From Imperialibacter roseus (GTDB taxonomy: Bacteria; Bacteroidota; Bacteroidia; Cytophagales; Cyclobacteriaceae), in NCBI RefSeq assembly GCF_032999765.1, contig NZ_CP136051.1, forward strand, positions 936,417 through 968,416: a DNA stretch of 32,000 bases, read 5' to 3'. The position numbers and the translations under genes were made by a program. The stretch's first letter is position 1. Every line of letters begins with the position of its first letter. Below are positions 1 to 9,418 of the stretch, in pieces. The notes beneath the pieces are model-generated. The model made no database searches and was not told the origin of the DNA. It worked only from the letters and a program-made list of their open reading frames with translations.

Positions 1-1211
1 GCCATGTCTCTGAAACCGGCAAACCAGGGCTGCTCTTCGAATTCGAAACCCCAGGTAATGGCCCCAAGGAGGTTGACGCCGTGGTGTTTGGCGAGGTCGT
101 ATTTTCTGGCAAAGGCGGCAGCTGTATAGGCCGCATACATGGTGCCGTTGCGGTAAGCATTGTGTGGGTAATCGGCTTCTGAGCACGCCGCACACCCTTC
201 TGGATCTGACTCGCCAATCAGAATAGGTAAGTGTTTGAGGGTCGGGTAGGAGGCTACGACTTCAAACCCTTTGTCGATATCACGCAGCTGAGTACCTATG
301 TTCATTTGCACCATGCCGTCCACCACTTTCGGACTGCCTTTTGCATGGAACGAAATAAAGTCCAGAGGAGAGCCGGTTTTGCCAGTCACGTAGTTTTTAC
401 CGGACACTACATGATCGAGAAATGTCCGGAGAAACTCTTCGGCTTTGTCCCAGTCCGGGCCTGTGGTTTCCGGGCCACCTACTTTGGCTGTTGGCAATGC
501 TCGTTTTACGGCATCGGCACTGTAGTCATACAGCTTGATATACTCCTCAGTGGTGCCCTGCCAGTAGCCGATATTAGGCTCGTTCCACAGCTCCCAGTAC
601 CAGCTTTCCACTTCTTCTTTTCCATACCGATCCACAGAGTGAGTTACCCACTGGTAAACCAGCTCAGCCCACTTTTTATAGTCTTTAGGCGGATAAGCCC
701 AGCCTGTGTAAATGTCGTTGTACTCTGCGCCGGGCTTCCAGTAATGCCGATAAGGCTCAGGTTTGCTCGAAAGTGCCTGTGGCATGAATCCGATTTGAGC
801 GAAGGGTTTCATGCCCCGCTCGATATAGGTGTCGAATATCCTGTCGACGATCGTCCAGTCATAAATGGGTCGACCTTTTTTATCTTCAGTATAGGCATTG
901 GTGGAGCCCCATTTCAGCCCGTAGGTACCTTCGCCTGTAACAAGCAGGCTATGGGCACGCACATACACTGGTACCTTGCTGAGCTTCGCTATTTCCGAAA
1001 GCAGCTTTTGCCCATCTTTCATATACGTGTAATTGGGCTCGTCGTAGCCCCACCAGGACCATATGGGCAGCAGTTCGCCCACTTCGTTAGACAGGTCAAC
1101 CTGGATGGTTACAGGTTCAACGGCGTATTGGGCGGAGGAATGATAGGTGGAAATAGAAAAGAGTAGGAAGCATACTGGCTTCCACAAAACCAATGATTTT
1201 GATATGGCCAT
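1..1211 (-). CDS. Glycoside hydrolase, GH39-like (clan GH-A), secreted; C-terminal part lies outside the window
   Basis: Absent from the ORF track because it runs off the window. My reverse-strand translation from the ATG at 1211-1209 gives MAISKSLVLWKPVCFLLFSISTYHSSAQ (signal-peptide-like), then ...SWWGYDEPNY...WYWELWNEPN...LPILIGESD..., open down to position 1. WELWNEPN is the Asn-Glu-Pro acid/base signature of clan GH-A, in a GH39-like context. The listed + ORF 231..1166 is its antisense shadow. Confidence 0.8.
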   Translation of the reverse strand, partial: MAISKSLVLWKPVCFLLFSISTYHSSAQYAVEPVTIQVDLSNEVGELLPIWSWWGYDEPNYTYMKDGQKLLSEIAKLSKVPVYVRAHSLLVTGEGTYGLKWGSTNAYTEDKKGRPIYDWTIVDRIFDTYIERGMKPFAQIGFMPQALSSKPEPYRHYWKPGAEYNDIYTGWAYPPKDYKKWAELVYQWVTHSVDRYGKEEVESWYWELWNEPNIGYWQGTTEEYIKLYDYSADAVKRALPTAKVGGPETTGPDWDKAEEFLRTFLDHVVSGKNYVTGKTGSPLDFISFHAKGSPKVVDGMVQMNIGTQLRDIDKGFEVVASYPTLKHLPILIGESDPEGCAACSEADYPHNAYRNGTMYAAYTAAAFARKYDLAKHHGVNLLGAITWGFEFEEQPWFAGFRDM

Positions 1212-1310
1212 TAGAAGAGGTGTTGGATGTAGCAGTCAGCCTAATGTAAACAAAATTACTGGCTTGCTGTAGCTACAACTTCACAAAACTAAGGTTGACC
1301 GAATTTTGGA

Positions 1311-1598
1311 TCAGAAAAGAAGGAAGTAAAAAGCCAGGCTGATTGCGGCCACAGTTGCCACCAGCAGCATTCTTTTTTTAGTAGTACGTCGCTTGTTATC
1401 AACCGCCAGTTGTGCTCTCAGGGATGCGAGGTATTGAGTGCTTGCCTTTCTATAAACCGGAGCCTTTCTGGAAATGATGGAATCGGTGATGTAAGCTGTG
1501 TCGAAGTTTTTGTAAGGCCCTGCACCTTTTCCTTTCAGGAGTGATCTATTGTTCCTGAGGGTTTTAATCGCATCGATGGCAAAACCTGCGCCGTGCAT
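1311..1598 (-). CDS. Small tail-anchored membrane protein, function unknown
   Basis: 95-aa ORF with a basic, polar N-terminal part (RNNRSLLKGKG..., KRRTTKKR). A single C-terminal hydrophobic helix (MLLVATVAAISLAFYFLLF) ends the protein. It has the same orientation as both flanking genes. No catalytic motif seen. Confidence 0.5.
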   Translation of the reverse strand: MHGAGFAIDAIKTLRNNRSLLKGKGAGPYKNFDTAYITDSIISRKAPVYRKASTQYLASLRAQLAVDNKRRTTKKRMLLVATVAAISLAFYFLLF

Positions 1599-1685
1599 AG
1601 GGAATGAGGTTGTTTCTTCTTTTAACGGCGCAAGATTGCCTCAGGTTGCTGGCTTGGCATGAAGGAAAATAGCTTCTGTTGCCAT

Positions 1686-3113
1686 CTATTTTCCTCCCGG
1701 AAACCATTCCTCATCAAAAGCGCTTCTTAGCTCCTTTAATTTCTCATCATACTTGGGATTGGCCGTAAAATGTGTCATTTCGTGGGGGTCGTTGTTAAGG
1801 TCGATCAGGTTTTCCTCTATACCCACCACGTCGTACCGCAGGTATTTGAGGCCATCTGCTGACACCACCATCTTTCCCACCTGACTTTCTACGCCGAGAT
1901 GCTCCCGCCAGTCCACTTTCTTTCCTTCGAACAAAGGCCGCAAGCTCCTTCCCCGGGGATCTGATTTTCCGTCGATGCCAGCGTAGTCGCACAGGGTGGG
2001 CAGCAGATCCAATCCGTTGGATATCAGATGGGTGCTGTCGACCCTTGCCGCCGGAATCTGGCCTTTCCACATGGCCAGAAAGGGGACGTTCGCTGCCTCC
2101 TCATATAGAAGACTTTTGTGCTCCAGCCGGTGTGATGCATCCATTTCGCCGTGGTCGCTGGAAAGCAAAACCAAGGTATTTTCTTCCTGTCCGCTGGCTT
2201 TCAGTGCGTCCAAAATTGTTTGAATCTGCCTGTCAACCACCTCTGTAAGGCGGTGGTAGGCCCAGCGATGCATGCGCCATTGTTTTTCGGTGTAGTGCTC
2301 ACGGGCCTGCTTCTGAAAATTTCTTTGATCAACCCGCCAGCTAATGGCGGCCGGTTCATTTTCCTGAGGTTCAAAATTAGGTGGTAGTGGAGGGCAATGC
2401 TTGCTGAAAAACTCTTCTTCACTTATACCCTCAGGCAGCTTTAGCGCCTCGTCGAGTGTGGCTAATTCTGTTTCGCCAATTTCGAGCAGCCGCTTTTCCT
2501 GCTGTGTTTCCGCAAAATCCCGAATGGCCATGTAGCAAATGTCGTGTGGATTGATCAGCGACACCACCAAAAAGTAGGGCTTTTCATGGGGTGTGGAAAT
2601 GTACTTTGCTGCCTCCAGGGCCAGCTCGTCTCGCTCATCGTTTGTGATGTCGGTGAAGCCAAGCACTTCCGGCGTGAGTGACTTTGGTAGGTGTTCCTTT
2701 CCGCCAAACACCAGGTCGTATCCGGCCGCTTTCAGGTAAGCTGCTATGGTGGTGCTTTGCACGTTTACCGACACGTCAGGAATCCTCATGGCTCCAACAT
2801 TTTCCCGCACCGGCTGACCATTAGCGTCATTGAAGTAGCCCGGAAATCTGCCAGTCATCATGCTTACTCTGGAAGGTGTGCAAACAGGGTTGGTCACATA
2901 GGCCCGGGTAAACCTAATGCCATTGGCGGCTATGTAGTCCATGGCTGGCGTCTTCAGCCACTGGTTGCCGACGCAGCTCATCATGCTGGCATTTTGCTGG
3001 TCGGTATAGATATAGATGATGTTCGGTTTTTGACTAACCTTTTCGGATTCGTTACCGCACCCGTAAACGGCGGTTGCCAGTAACACGATGGCGAGTTTTC
3101 TTATTTTATCCAT
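1686..3113 (-). CDS. Sulfatase (formylglycine-dependent arylsulfatase family), lipoprotein
   Basis: Carries the C-x-P-S-R formylglycine motif in NPVCTPSRVSMMTGR and a downstream LLSSDHGEM motif. N-terminal lipobox LLATAVYGC. 475 aa, a typical family size. Confidence 0.93.
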   Translation of the reverse strand: MDKIRKLAIVLLATAVYGCGNESEKVSQKPNIIYIYTDQQNASMMSCVGNQWLKTPAMDYIAANGIRFTRAYVTNPVCTPSRVSMMTGRFPGYFNDANGQPVRENVGAMRIPDVSVNVQSTTIAAYLKAAGYDLVFGGKEHLPKSLTPEVLGFTDITNDERDELALEAAKYISTPHEKPYFLVVSLINPHDICYMAIRDFAETQQEKRLLEIGETELATLDEALKLPEGISEEEFFSKHCPPLPPNFEPQENEPAAISWRVDQRNFQKQAREHYTEKQWRMHRWAYHRLTEVVDRQIQTILDALKASGQEENTLVLLSSDHGEMDASHRLEHKSLLYEEAANVPFLAMWKGQIPAARVDSTHLISNGLDLLPTLCDYAGIDGKSDPRGRSLRPLFEGKKVDWREHLGVESQVGKMVVSADGLKYLRYDVVGIEENLIDLNNDPHEMTHFTANPKYDEKLKELRSAFDEEWFPGGK

Positions 3114-3377
3114 TGTGTCAAACTGTATGCGAGTGTTAAATTTTTTGTAAGAACCGCTTTGACGAAGATGCCGACTGCAAGAACAGTGACCTGGTTTTTT
3201 AACGTACTTTTCACTGTTTTTCGAGTGTTATTACTGACAATCCAATATAATCAATTGCACAAGGTAACCGGGTAGTTTTTCAAATTTTGTGCAAGCTTGC
3301 CGGTTAACTCTTTACAAATTCTCACTATTGGGCGCTGTTTTTTGCACGATTAGCAACCTCCTACAAGGCTTTTTTTA

Positions 3378-3450
3378 AATCTTCAGCAAAACTTCAGAAT
3401 TACTCCCGAAATACTTCAGAATCAGTAGATGAATTTTGTTCAGTCAAAAG
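3378..3450 (+). promoter_or_regulatory. Promoter/operator module copy A: three CTTCAG hexamers plus a -7-like box, upstream of the RND operon
   Basis: CTTCAG starts at 3381, 3392 and 3414 (11- and 22-nt phasing), followed by GAATTTTG at 3431-3438 (7 of 8 match to TAnnTTTG). About 82 percent identical by hand alignment to 19525-19598. Confidence 0.5.
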
Positions 3451-3501
3451 TGACAACTGAAATAATCAAGTTTTTTGGAGAATCAAGAACGCAAAATTAT
3501 T

Positions 3502-4584
3502 ATGAATAAAACGCTCATGTTCGTGGGTTTGTGTGCCCTGTTGTGCTACACAAGCTGTGAATCGCACAAGGAAAAAGAGGAGGAAGAAACTAAATTTTTA
3601 GTGACTAGTCCGTTGAGGATGGACACAACCGTTACAAAAGATTACGTGTGTCAAATTCGGTCCGTACAGCACATTGAACTTCGGGCACTTGAAAAAGGCT
3701 ATTTGCAAAAAATATACGTGGACGAAGGGCAGCGTGTAAAAAAAGGGCAGCTAATGTTCCAGATAATGCCCAAACTATATGAAGCGGAGCTCCAAAAGGC
3801 ACAAGCTGAGGCCAGTTTTGTTGAAATTGAGTACCAGAACACAAAACGACTTGCCGAAAGTAATGTGGTAGCACCAAATGAGCTGGCCTTGGCCAAAGCC
3901 AAATATGATAAAGCAATGGCTGAGGTATCGCTGGCTGAAGTTCACCTGGGATTCACCCAAATCAGGGCACCTTTCGATGGGCTTATGGATCGTTTTCACG
4001 TAAGGCAGGGTAGCCTTGTCGACGAGGGAGACCTGTTGACAAACCTTTCGGACAATAGCAAAATGTGGGTCTACTTTAATGTTCCGGAAGCAGAGTATCT
4101 GGAATACGAATCCAGTGTTAAATCTGAAGACAAGATGGAGGTTGGTCTCTTGATGGCTAACAACAGGCTGTTCAACCACAGAGGCGTGGTGGAAACCATT
4201 GAGGCGGACTTTAACAACGAAACCGGCAATATTGCTTTCAGAGCAACCTTTCCGAACCCCAATGGATTACTCAGGCATGGCGAGACAGGCAATATACAAG
4301 TGACGGTAGACCTTAAGGGCGCCCTGCTTATCCCTCAGAAGTCGACTTTCGAAATCCTTGACAAAAGATATGTTTATGTGATCGACGAGGAGAATAAGAT
4401 CAGGTCAAGGGCAATAACCATTTCAGCCGAAATGCCGCACATTTATGCCGTTCAGAGCGGGTTGGAAGTAAACGATAAAATCCTTCTGGAAGGGCTGAGG
4501 CTGGTCAGAGAAAATCAGGAAATAAGTTTTGAATTGAAGGATCCGGCAGAAGTACTGTCGCATTTAACGCTGTATGCGGAATAA
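3502..4584 (+). CDS. Efflux RND transporter periplasmic adaptor subunit (HlyD/MFP family), lipoprotein
   Basis: The ORF track gives 3475..4584. I prefer the internal ATG at 3502, which yields MNKTLMFVGLCALLCYTSC (signal peptide plus Cys). Coiled-coil segment (YEAELQKAQAEASFVEIEYQNTKRL...) and the adaptor motif FTQIRAPFDGLMD. Lies directly upstream of the RND permease. Confidence 0.9.
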   Translation: MNKTLMFVGLCALLCYTSCESHKEKEEEETKFLVTSPLRMDTTVTKDYVCQIRSVQHIELRALEKGYLQKIYVDEGQRVKKGQLMFQIMPKLYEAELQKAQAEASFVEIEYQNTKRLAESNVVAPNELALAKAKYDKAMAEVSLAEVHLGFTQIRAPFDGLMDRFHVRQGSLVDEGDLLTNLSDNSKMWVYFNVPEAEYLEYESSVKSEDKMEVGLLMANNRLFNHRGVVETIEADFNNETGNIAFRATFPNPNGLLRHGETGNIQVTVDLKGALLIPQKSTFEILDKRYVYVIDEENKIRSRAITISAEMPHIYAVQSGLEVNDKILLEGLRLVRENQEISFELKDPAEVLSHLTLYAE

Positions 4585-4609
4585 TCAGCATCCTTAAAAT
4601 CCAGAAGAA

Positions 4610-7600
4610 ATGTTTAGTAAAATAATTCATAGGCCCGTTTTTGCCATTGTAATTTCGGTCATTATCGTTTTTGTAGGTTCGCTGGCTATTAAGCAGCTGC
4701 CTATCTCGCAATTTCCCCAAATTGCCCCAACAACCGTAAGTATTTTCATTGCTTACCCGGGTTCCAGTGCCGACGTGCTGGTTAAGTCGACGCTCATTAC
4801 CCTTGAAAACTCCATCAACGGTGTTCAGGGAATGAGGTACATGACTACCGATGCCACCAGTGCTGGCGAAGCCACAGTCACCATCATCTTTGAACCAGGA
4901 ACGGATCCCAACCAGGCGGTTATCCGGGTGAAGACCAGGGTGGACCAGGTGATGCCTCTTTTGCCCGCACTTGTACAACGTGAAGGGGTTATCATCACTC
5001 CCATCCAGCCCAGTATGTTAATGTATGTGAACCTCTACAGTACTGAGGAAGGGTTGGATGAAAAATTCCTGTACAACTACGCCAACGTTAAAATGATTCC
5101 TGAAATAAACAGGATCAATGGTGTGGCCAGAACGCAGATATTGGGTAGCCGCACCTACGCTATGCGGGTGTGGCTCAACCCTGACCGCATGAGGGCCTAC
5201 AATATCTCTATTGAGGAAGTAATGGAGGCTCTTGCCGAACAAAGCATTATTGGTCGTCCGGGTAGAATAGGCCAAAGTTCAGGTATCGCTGCGCAGTCGT
5301 TAGAATACGTACTCACATATAAAGGCCGGTACAACAAGCCGGAAGAATACGAGCAAATCATTGTTCGGGCGAATGCTGAAGGTGAAAGCATACACCTGAA
5401 GGACATTGCCACAATTGAGCTGGGTAGCGAGTTTTTTGACATTTATTCTAACCTGGATGGGCATCCTTCTGCGGCTATTGTATTGAAGCAGAACTACGGC
5501 AGCAACGCCAGTGAAGTTATTGCTGAGGTGAAGGCGAAGCTTGAAGAAATGAGAGTCAGTTTCCCTCCCGGAGTGGACTACAAAATCAGTTACGACGTAT
5601 CCAAGTTTCTGGACGCCTCCATTGAGCAGGTGACCCACACTTTGCGTGATGCCTTTATCCTGGTGGCCCTGGTAGTGTTTGTATTCCTTGGCGACTGGCG
5701 CTCCACGCTCATACCGATTCTGGCTGTTCCTGTATCCCTCATCGGTGCATTTTTTGTCATCCAGTTTTTTGGGCTTTCTATCAACCTGGTGACACTGTTT
5801 GCTCTTGTGCTGGCCATTGGTATAGTGGTGGACGATGCCATTGTGGTGGTGGAAGCTGTCCACGCCAAAATGGAAGAGGAGCACCTTTCTCCTTACAATG
5901 CCGTGAAAAAGGTAATGGGGGAGATCAGTGGAGCGATTATCGCCATCACCATGGTAATGGTGTCGGTGTTTCTGCCAATTTCGTTTATGACCGGCCCGGT
6001 GGGCACCTTCTACCGGCAATTCTCTATTACGATGGCCAGCTCGATTGTGATTTCGGCGGTGATAGCACTTACACTTACACCGGTATTGTGCGCCATGCTG
6101 CTGAAGAACACACACGGGCAACCCAGAAAGAGAACACTGATGAACCGGGCACTCGATAGTTTCAACAGTGGCTTCGAAAAAGTAACTGGAAAATACACGG
6201 GCTTGCTAAGGCTGATAGTTAACAGAAGAGCGCTTACTTTCATCATTTTGGGAGTATTCTGCGCAGGTATATTCTTTGAAAATGAAATTCTGCCAGCTGG
6301 ATTTATCCCCAGCGAGGACCAGGGCACTATTTACGCTATCATCCAAACACCTCCGGGTGCCACCCTCGAAAGAACCAATCAGGTGTCTCAGCAGCTTCAG
6401 AAAATTTGCGAGGAAATTGATGGTGTGGAATCCGTTTCTTCGCTGGCTGGCTACGAGATCATGACAGAAGGTCGGGGCTCCAACGCAGGTACTTGTTTGA
6501 TCAACCTCAAGCCCTGGTCGGAGCGGAAGCATTCGGTGAAAGAGATCATGGAAGAGCTGGAGGAGGAGTCGAAAGGCCTGGGGGCTATTGTCGAATTCTT
6601 CGAGCCGCCTGCTATCCCCGGGTTCGGGTCTTCCGGAGGTTTTTCCATGCGTTTGCTGGATAAAACTACGGACACCGACTACCAGGAGTTTGATAAAATA
6701 AACAAGGAGTTCATGGACAACATGAGCAAGCGCCCGGAGCTTACTGGTTTGTTTACCTTCTTCGCTGCTAACTATCCTCAGTACGAGCTGTTGATAGATA
6801 ACGAACTGGCCATGCAAAAGGGCGTTTCGATCGGCAAGGCAATGGAAAACCTGAACATACTTATAGGGAGTACCTACGAGCAAGGCTTTATCAGGTTCGA
6901 TAGGTTTTTCAAGGTGTATGTTCAATCTGCACCGGAGTTTAGAAGACTTCCCTCCGATGTTTTGAACTTGTTCGTGAAGAATGACCGGGAGGAAATGGTA
7001 CCCTACTCATCGTTCATGACACTTGAGAAGAAGCAGGGGCCTAACGAGATTACCCGCTACAACATGTACAACTCGGCTGCCATCAGGGGACTACCCGCAC
7101 CGGGATATACGACCGCCGATGCTATTCAGGCCATTACTGAAGTGGCAGCCCAAACGTTGCCGAAAGGGTATGACATCGCCTGGGAAGGTCTTTCTTACGA
7201 TGAATCAAAAAGAGGGAATGAAGCACTGTATGTCTTCATCATTGTGGTACTGTTCGTCTACTTTGTGCTGGCAGCTCAGTACGAAAGCTTCCTTTTGCCT
7301 CTGGCGGTAATATTCTCCTTGCCAGTTGGGGTGTTTGGCTCCTTCCTGTTCCTTAAGGTAATGGGGTTAGACAACGATATTTATGCACAGATTGGTCTCA
7401 TTATGCTGGTGGGCTTGCTGGGTAAAAATGCAGTGTTGATTGTGGAATTTGCAGTTCAGAAACGGCGACACGGAGCAACAATTTTTGAAGCAGCCATTGA
7501 AGGTGCCAGGGTACGTTTCCGGCCTATCCTGATGACATCATTTGCCTTCATTGCCGGTTTGATTCCTCTGGTGATTGCCACAGGTGCGGGCGCCATAGGT

Positions 7601-7786
7601 AACCGAACCATCGGCTCATCGGCCCTCGGCGGTATGCTCTTTGGAACCATATTCGGTGTGATCATCATTCCGGGACTGTACTACATTTTTGGAAAACTAG
7701 CGGACGGCCGTCAGCTGATCAGGGATGAATACGACAGGCCTCTGAGTGAGGAGCCCCAACACACACATTCGAAAGAAATAAATTGA
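4610..7786 (+). CDS. Efflux RND transporter permease subunit (AcrB-like, HAE1-type)
   Basis: 1058 aa. The N-terminus MFSKIIHRPVFAIVISVIIVFVGSLAIKQLPISQFPQIAPTTV is canonical for AcrB/CzcA-type pumps. Two large periplasmic loops and 12 predicted TM segments. Sits between adaptor and OMF genes. Confidence 0.95.
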   Translation: MFSKIIHRPVFAIVISVIIVFVGSLAIKQLPISQFPQIAPTTVSIFIAYPGSSADVLVKSTLITLENSINGVQGMRYMTTDATSAGEATVTIIFEPGTDPNQAVIRVKTRVDQVMPLLPALVQREGVIITPIQPSMLMYVNLYSTEEGLDEKFLYNYANVKMIPEINRINGVARTQILGSRTYAMRVWLNPDRMRAYNISIEEVMEALAEQSIIGRPGRIGQSSGIAAQSLEYVLTYKGRYNKPEEYEQIIVRANAEGESIHLKDIATIELGSEFFDIYSNLDGHPSAAIVLKQNYGSNASEVIAEVKAKLEEMRVSFPPGVDYKISYDVSKFLDASIEQVTHTLRDAFILVALVVFVFLGDWRSTLIPILAVPVSLIGAFFVIQFFGLSINLVTLFALVLAIGIVVDDAIVVVEAVHAKMEEEHLSPYNAVKKVMGEISGAIIAITMVMVSVFLPISFMTGPVGTFYRQFSITMASSIVISAVIALTLTPVLCAMLLKNTHGQPRKRTLMNRALDSFNSGFEKVTGKYTGLLRLIVNRRALTFIILGVFCAGIFFENEILPAGFIPSEDQGTIYAIIQTPPGATLERTNQVSQQLQKICEEIDGVESVSSLAGYEIMTEGRGSNAGTCLINLKPWSERKHSVKEIMEELEEESKGLGAIVEFFEPPAIPGFGSSGGFSMRLLDKTTDTDYQEFDKINKEFMDNMSKRPELTGLFTFFAANYPQYELLIDNELAMQKGVSIGKAMENLNILIGSTYEQGFIRFDRFFKVYVQSAPEFRRLPSDVLNLFVKNDREEMVPYSSFMTLEKKQGPNEITRYNMYNSAAIRGLPAPGYTTADAIQAITEVAAQTLPKGYDIAWEGLSYDESKRGNEALYVFIIVVLFVYFVLAAQYESFLLPLAVIFSLPVGVFGSFLFLKVMGLDNDIYAQIGLIMLVGLLGKNAVLIVEFAVQKRRHGATIFEAAIEGARVRFRPILMTSFAFIAGLIPLVIATGAGAIGNRTIGSSALGGMLFGTIFGVIIIPGLYYIFGKLADGRQLIRDEYDRPLSEEPQHTHSKEIN

Positions 7787-7791
7787 TTATC

Positions 7792-9225
7792 ATGTTGAAA
7801 CGAATCATATATAGATGGGTTGGAGTGGCCTGCCTTTCCTTAGCGGTTTGGGCCTGTAAAACGCCCGACTTAGTACAAAAAACAGAGAGCAAGGCAGTGC
7901 CTGTGAGCTACAGCAGCTCGCAGGACACCACCAACACTGGCAAGGTTCGGTGGCAGGACTATTTTACTGACCCGTACCTGATCTCCCTGATTGACACAGC
8001 TTTGCAAAACAACCAGGAGTTGAACATTGTGTTGCAGGAAATTCAAATTGCCAGAAACGAAGTGCAAGCCAGAAAAGGAGAGTATTTACCTTTCGTAGGC
8101 TATGGTGCGGGTGCCGGTGTTGACAAGCCAGGCCGTTACACGAGCAAGGGCTCCAGCGAGGCGACCACGGAAATTAAGCCGGGAAAGGAAACGCCAGATC
8201 CGCTGCCCGATTTCATGGCGGGGCTGTATGCTTCATGGGAAGTGGACATTTGGCACAAGCTGCGCAATGCAAAGAAGTCAGCTTTCAACAGATACCTGGG
8301 AACCGTGGAGGGCAAGAACTTTCTGGTAACCAACCTGATTGCCGAAATTGCCAACTCCTACTACGAACTGCTGGCGCTGGATAATCAGCTGAGAATAGTG
8401 CAGCAGAACATTGAAATACAAAGCAATGCGCTCGAAATCGTGAGGCTACAGAAGCAGTCGGCCCGGGTAACTGAGCTGGCCGTTCGCAGGTTTGAGGCGC
8501 AGGTACTCAACACCAGAAGCCTTCAGTTCGGTATTCAGCAGCAGATCATCGAAACTGAGAACAGGATCAACTTTTTGGTGGGCCGGTTTCCGCAACCCAT
8601 CCAGCGCAATTCACAAAACTTTATTGACCTGGTACCCAACGTATTGAATGCTGGTATTCCCGCTCAGCTGCTCGAAAATCGCCCCGATGTAAGGCAGGCC
8701 GAGTTAGACCTGATAGCAGCTAAACTGGATGTGCAGGTGGCCAAAGCCAGGTTCTATCCTTCGCTGGGCCTTTCTGCAGGCTTGGGCTTTCAGGCATTTA
8801 ACCCGATTGACCTGGTAAAAATGCCTGAGTCGCTGATATATGGACTGGCGGCTGATTTGGCGGGGCCGCTGATCAACAAAAATGCGATCAAGGCAGCTTA
8901 TTCAAGCGCTAATGCCATGCAGATACAAGCGGTGTATAATTACGAGCGAACCATATTGACCGCTTACATTGAAGTGGCTAATCAGCTGTCCAATATTGGC
9001 AATCTGGCAAACACTTTCGAACTGAAATCACTTCAGGTCGATGCCCTAACCGAGTCGGTCGACATTTCAAGCAATCTGTTTCGCTCAGCCCGTGCCGATT
9101 ACATGGAGGTGCTGCTGACTCAACGAGATGCGCTGGAATCAAGGTTTGAGCTGATTGATACCAAAATGGCGCAAATGCACGCCGTGGTAAATGTGTATCA
9201 GGCGCTGGGTGGTGGATGGAGGTAA
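7792..9225 (+). CDS. Efflux transporter outer membrane factor (TolC/NodT family), lipoprotein
   Basis: The track start at 7783 is a TTG. The ATG at 7792 gives MLKRIIYRWVGVACLSLAVWAC (lipobox-like). Family motifs NRPDVRQAELDL and FYPSL, and the C-terminal YQALGGGW typical of NodT-type OMFs. Starts 5 nt after the RND stop. Confidence 0.92.
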   Translation: MLKRIIYRWVGVACLSLAVWACKTPDLVQKTESKAVPVSYSSSQDTTNTGKVRWQDYFTDPYLISLIDTALQNNQELNIVLQEIQIARNEVQARKGEYLPFVGYGAGAGVDKPGRYTSKGSSEATTEIKPGKETPDPLPDFMAGLYASWEVDIWHKLRNAKKSAFNRYLGTVEGKNFLVTNLIAEIANSYYELLALDNQLRIVQQNIEIQSNALEIVRLQKQSARVTELAVRRFEAQVLNTRSLQFGIQQQIIETENRINFLVGRFPQPIQRNSQNFIDLVPNVLNAGIPAQLLENRPDVRQAELDLIAAKLDVQVAKARFYPSLGLSAGLGFQAFNPIDLVKMPESLIYGLAADLAGPLINKNAIKAAYSSANAMQIQAVYNYERTILTAYIEVANQLSNIGNLANTFELKSLQVDALTESVDISSNLFRSARADYMEVLLTQRDALESRFELIDTKMAQMHAVVNVYQALGGGWR

Positions 9226-9317
9226 GCACCACCACCAAATGTAAGAAATGGAGCTGTTTGGGTTAGGAAGAAAGGTTGATCGATTGTAGTAACAGTAGTA
9301 GAACAACTCCACAAAAG

Positions 9318-9352
9318 GCCTCCGAAGTCGAAAGATTTCGGGGGCTTTTTTT
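9318..9352 (+). terminator. Rho-independent terminator of the efflux operon
   Basis: GCCTCCGAAGTC-GAAA-GATTTCGGGGGC forms a 12-bp stem (two G-U pairs) with a GAAA tetraloop, followed by TTTTTTTG. Confidence 0.7.
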
Positions 9353-9418
9353 GTTTTGGCGGTCTGGATTAAAAGCAGAGTGGCACCCGGCCATGAAGTG
9401 GATTTCTTTATTCAGACT

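Noticed and set aside
231-1166. 311-aa + strand ORF from the track
   Set aside because: It is low-complexity and unprotein-like (Cys/His/Phe/Val-rich, no motifs). It lies exactly antisense to a well-supported GH39-like gene on the minus strand, so it is an antisense shadow ORF.
3255-3308. Interleaved inverted repeats TTGCACAA/TTGTGCAA (3255-3262, 3287-3294) and GGTAACCGG/CCGGTTAAC (3263-3271, 3300-3308) in the sulfatase/efflux divergent region
   Set aside because: The arms are short (8-9 nt), one pair is imperfect, and the arrangement (A B A' B') does not form a simple hairpin. They could be operators, but matches this short are expected by chance in 32 kb.
5300-6121. 273-aa minus-strand ORF, and other minus ORFs (4505-4978, 6206-6925, and others) inside the RND permease gene
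   Set aside because: His/Arg/Asn-rich nonsense composition, fully nested antisense to a canonical AcrB-like gene. No independent support.
9386-9395. 10-mer CCCGGCCATG shared by intergenic regions at 9386-9395 and 11977-11986
   Set aside because: Hundreds of chance 10-mer repeats are expected in a 32-kb window, and the similarity does not extend into the flanks.
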